From a virus (taxonomy: Duplodnaviria > Heunggongvirae > Uroviricota > Caudoviricetes): a stretch of 6,166 nt of DNA. The first letter of the stretch is position 1. Each line of letters begins with the position of its first letter. Below the pieces are notes generated by a model, which was not told the DNA's origin, did not search any database, and saw only the letters and a list, made by a program, of their open reading frames with translations. The position numbers and the translations under genes are program-made. The stretch lies in IMG/VR virus record IMGVR_UViG_2675903536_000005, one strand, 5' to 3'. Below are positions 5,095 to 6,166 of the stretch, one piece after another.

Positions 5095-5417
5095 ACTTTC
5101 AGGCCTCTCTCATGTAACCAATGGGCTGCACGCAGCCTGGCGTTTTCCTCACCGGCAAGCAGTGAGCGGATAATCCCGACCGCCTCGCTGTCGTCGTCCT
5201 TCACCACGGTATGAAGCGTGATCCCCCGGGCCACACCACGCTTTATCGTGATGACGCCTTTTTTCTCCAGTGCGCGAAGATGCTCCACCGCTGCATTCAC
5301 TGAACGGTATCCCAGCATGGTTGCCACCTCCTGATTGGTTGGCGGGAAGCCACGTTCTTTCTGATAAGAAATCAGCATATCCAGCACCTGCTGCTGGCAT
5401 TGAGTTAACGTCGTCAT
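5091..5417 (-). CDS. LexA N-terminal DNA-binding-domain-like protein (108 aa), lacking the S24 peptidase domain
   Basis: QQQVLDMLISYQKERGFPPTNQEVATMLGYRSVNAAVEHLRALEKKGVITIKRGVARGITL parallels LexA residues about 5-70 ([62 protein letters not shown]), including the recognition helix S-x-NAA-x-EHL. The ORF ends after 108 aa with no Ser/Lys protease domain. ATGA start/stop overlaps on both sides. Confidence 0.8.
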   Translation of the reverse strand: MTTLTQCQQQVLDMLISYQKERGFPPTNQEVATMLGYRSVNAAVEHLRALEKKGVITIKRGVARGITLHTVVKDDDSEAVGIIRSLLAGEENARLRAAHWLHERGLKV

Positions 5418-6067
5418 GCCGCCATCTCCCTGACCAGTTTTTCCGCCTGCTGGCGAACCTGCGCCAGAAACGCCTCACCACATGCCTCAAGTTCATCGCG
5501 CCCGATGTAGCTGATTGCCGGTCCCTTCCAGGTCTTGTCGAAAACAGCAATAGCACCAGCGAAGAAAGCGCCTGTCGGCACCTGCTTCTCATCTTTCGGG
5601 ATAAACCAGGCAGGCAGTTCAAAACCAATACGCCCGCGAATAAAAGCAATATGATCTGCATCTTCCGGCCACCACACTTCGCTGGTGGCAGCTTTGATCA
5701 GGAAAACATAGCGCCCGCCTTTATCACGCATGGCACTGGCATGTTTCATGATGTAACGCATGCCGGTGATGTATTGCCCCTCATGCTGACTGGCGCGGCT
5801 GTATGGGGGATTACCAAAGGCAGCACCTTTAAGCTCCGCAAGACGTTCTGACCAGTCATGCGCCAGCGCGTTGTCTTCCGCCGTGTAATACGCGGCACAT
5901 TTGGCGTTATCACCGTCAGTGAACAGATCCAGAACAAACGGGCCAAACAGGGTGTTAATTCCCCAGAAAATGTTGTCCGGCGTGCGCCACTGATCGCCCA
6001 CTTCCTTCAGTTCATGGGCTGGTTTGTTCCGCAGTTCCACCAGCGCCTGGCAATATTTATTACTCAT
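5414..6067 (-). CDS. Phage Dam-family DNA N6-adenine methyltransferase
   Basis: Translation from ATG 6067 (MSNKYCQ..., GGGGG upstream) contains WRTPDNIF, NAKCAAYYTAEDNAL and the catalytic FGNPPY motif followed by WWPED and FIRGRIGF, matching the phage N6-adenine MTase family (T1 Dam-like) as recalled. The track ORF extends to a GTG at 6100. Confidence 0.85.
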   Translation of the reverse strand: MSNKYCQALVELRNKPAHELKEVGDQWRTPDNIFWGINTLFGPFVLDLFTDGDNAKCAAYYTAEDNALAHDWSERLAELKGAAFGNPPYSRASQHEGQYITGMRYIMKHASAMRDKGGRYVFLIKAATSEVWWPEDADHIAFIRGRIGFELPAWFIPKDEKQVPTGAFFAGAIAVFDKTWKGPAISYIGRDELEACGEAFLAQVRQQAEKLVREMAA

Positions 6068-6147
6068 TAAGCCCCCACGTAATTCCCTGACAGATACCAC
6101 TCTTCACCCGATGCAGCGCGCTTGCTGCTTTTCCGTAAGCACCGCTC

Positions 6148-6166
6148 CTGTCTCTTTATACACATC
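6148..6166. other. Tn5 mosaic-end / Nextera adapter-like sequence at the window terminus (probable library artefact or contig end)
   Basis: ctgtctctttatacacatc equals the 19-bp Tn5 ME CTGTCTCTTATACACATCT except for one inserted T and the missing final T, and it abuts the window end exactly. Confidence 0.6.

Noticed and set aside
4536-5173. Plus-strand ORFs 4536..4742, 4865..5173 and 4923..5117
   Set aside because: They overlap the rusA gene and the kilA-N 5' region on the opposite strand; 4536..4742 runs through the intergenic promoter/SOS-box region and the hairpin; no supporting signals.
5270-5851. 193-aa plus-strand ORF (and 170-aa minus-strand ORF 5149..5661) overlapping the Dam MTase and LexA-like genes
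   Set aside because: They lie antisense to or out of frame with genes that have clear family signatures (GNPPY MTase, LexA DBD); their translations are low-complexity and Pro/Arg/Ser-rich, typical of spurious ORFs in GC-rich coding DNA.
5746-6070. Minus-strand ORF 5746..5946 and plus-strand ORF 5858..6070
   Set aside because: Both overlap the Dam MTase gene (out of frame or antisense), which has a clear family signature; no SD or recognisable motif supports either.
6068-6166. Possible 3' end of a further upstream minus-strand gene whose TAA overlaps the MTase ATG (TAATG)
   Set aside because: Only about 30 codons are visible and the distal part runs into the adapter-like terminal sequence, so neither the frame nor the identity can be supported.
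1-6166. CRISPR arrays, rRNA/tRNA genes, IS elements or integrase/att sites
   Set aside because: No spaced direct-repeat array, no rRNA/tRNA-like structure, and no transposase or integrase ORF could be identified by reading the window.

Overview
This window reads as a lambdoid prophage segment from an Enterobacteriaceae (E. coli-like) genome, with a low-GC two-gene cargo module inserted just downstream of the Q antiterminator gene. All calls are from reading the sequence and recalling protein families; no searches were run. The phage backbone is on the minus strand (transcribed right to left): Dam-family N6-adenine MTase (5414..6067), a LexA-DNA-binding-domain-only protein (5091..5417), RusA resolvase (4699..5094), a KilA-N/KilAC antirepressor-like protein (3721..4536) preceded by a near-consensus LexA/SOS box (4634..4653), a DUF968-like protein (2724..3713) and Q (2344..2706). 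The cargo (740..2351, plus strand) is about 32% GC by spot counts against about 55% in the backbone, and encodes a 342-aa soluble protein and a translationally coupled 191-aa protein with four predicted transmembrane helices. Its size, order and local motifs are reminiscent of lambda RexA/RexB, so it is the best candidate for a divergent or undescribed exclusion/abortive-infection system; this is unverified. Left of the cargo are a small winged-helix gene (282..479) flanked by two minus-strand intrinsic terminators, and the 5' end of a beta-class DNA MTase (1..130). The last 19 bases (6148..6166) match the Tn5 mosaic-end/Nextera adapter with one inserted T, which suggests a contig-end artefact.
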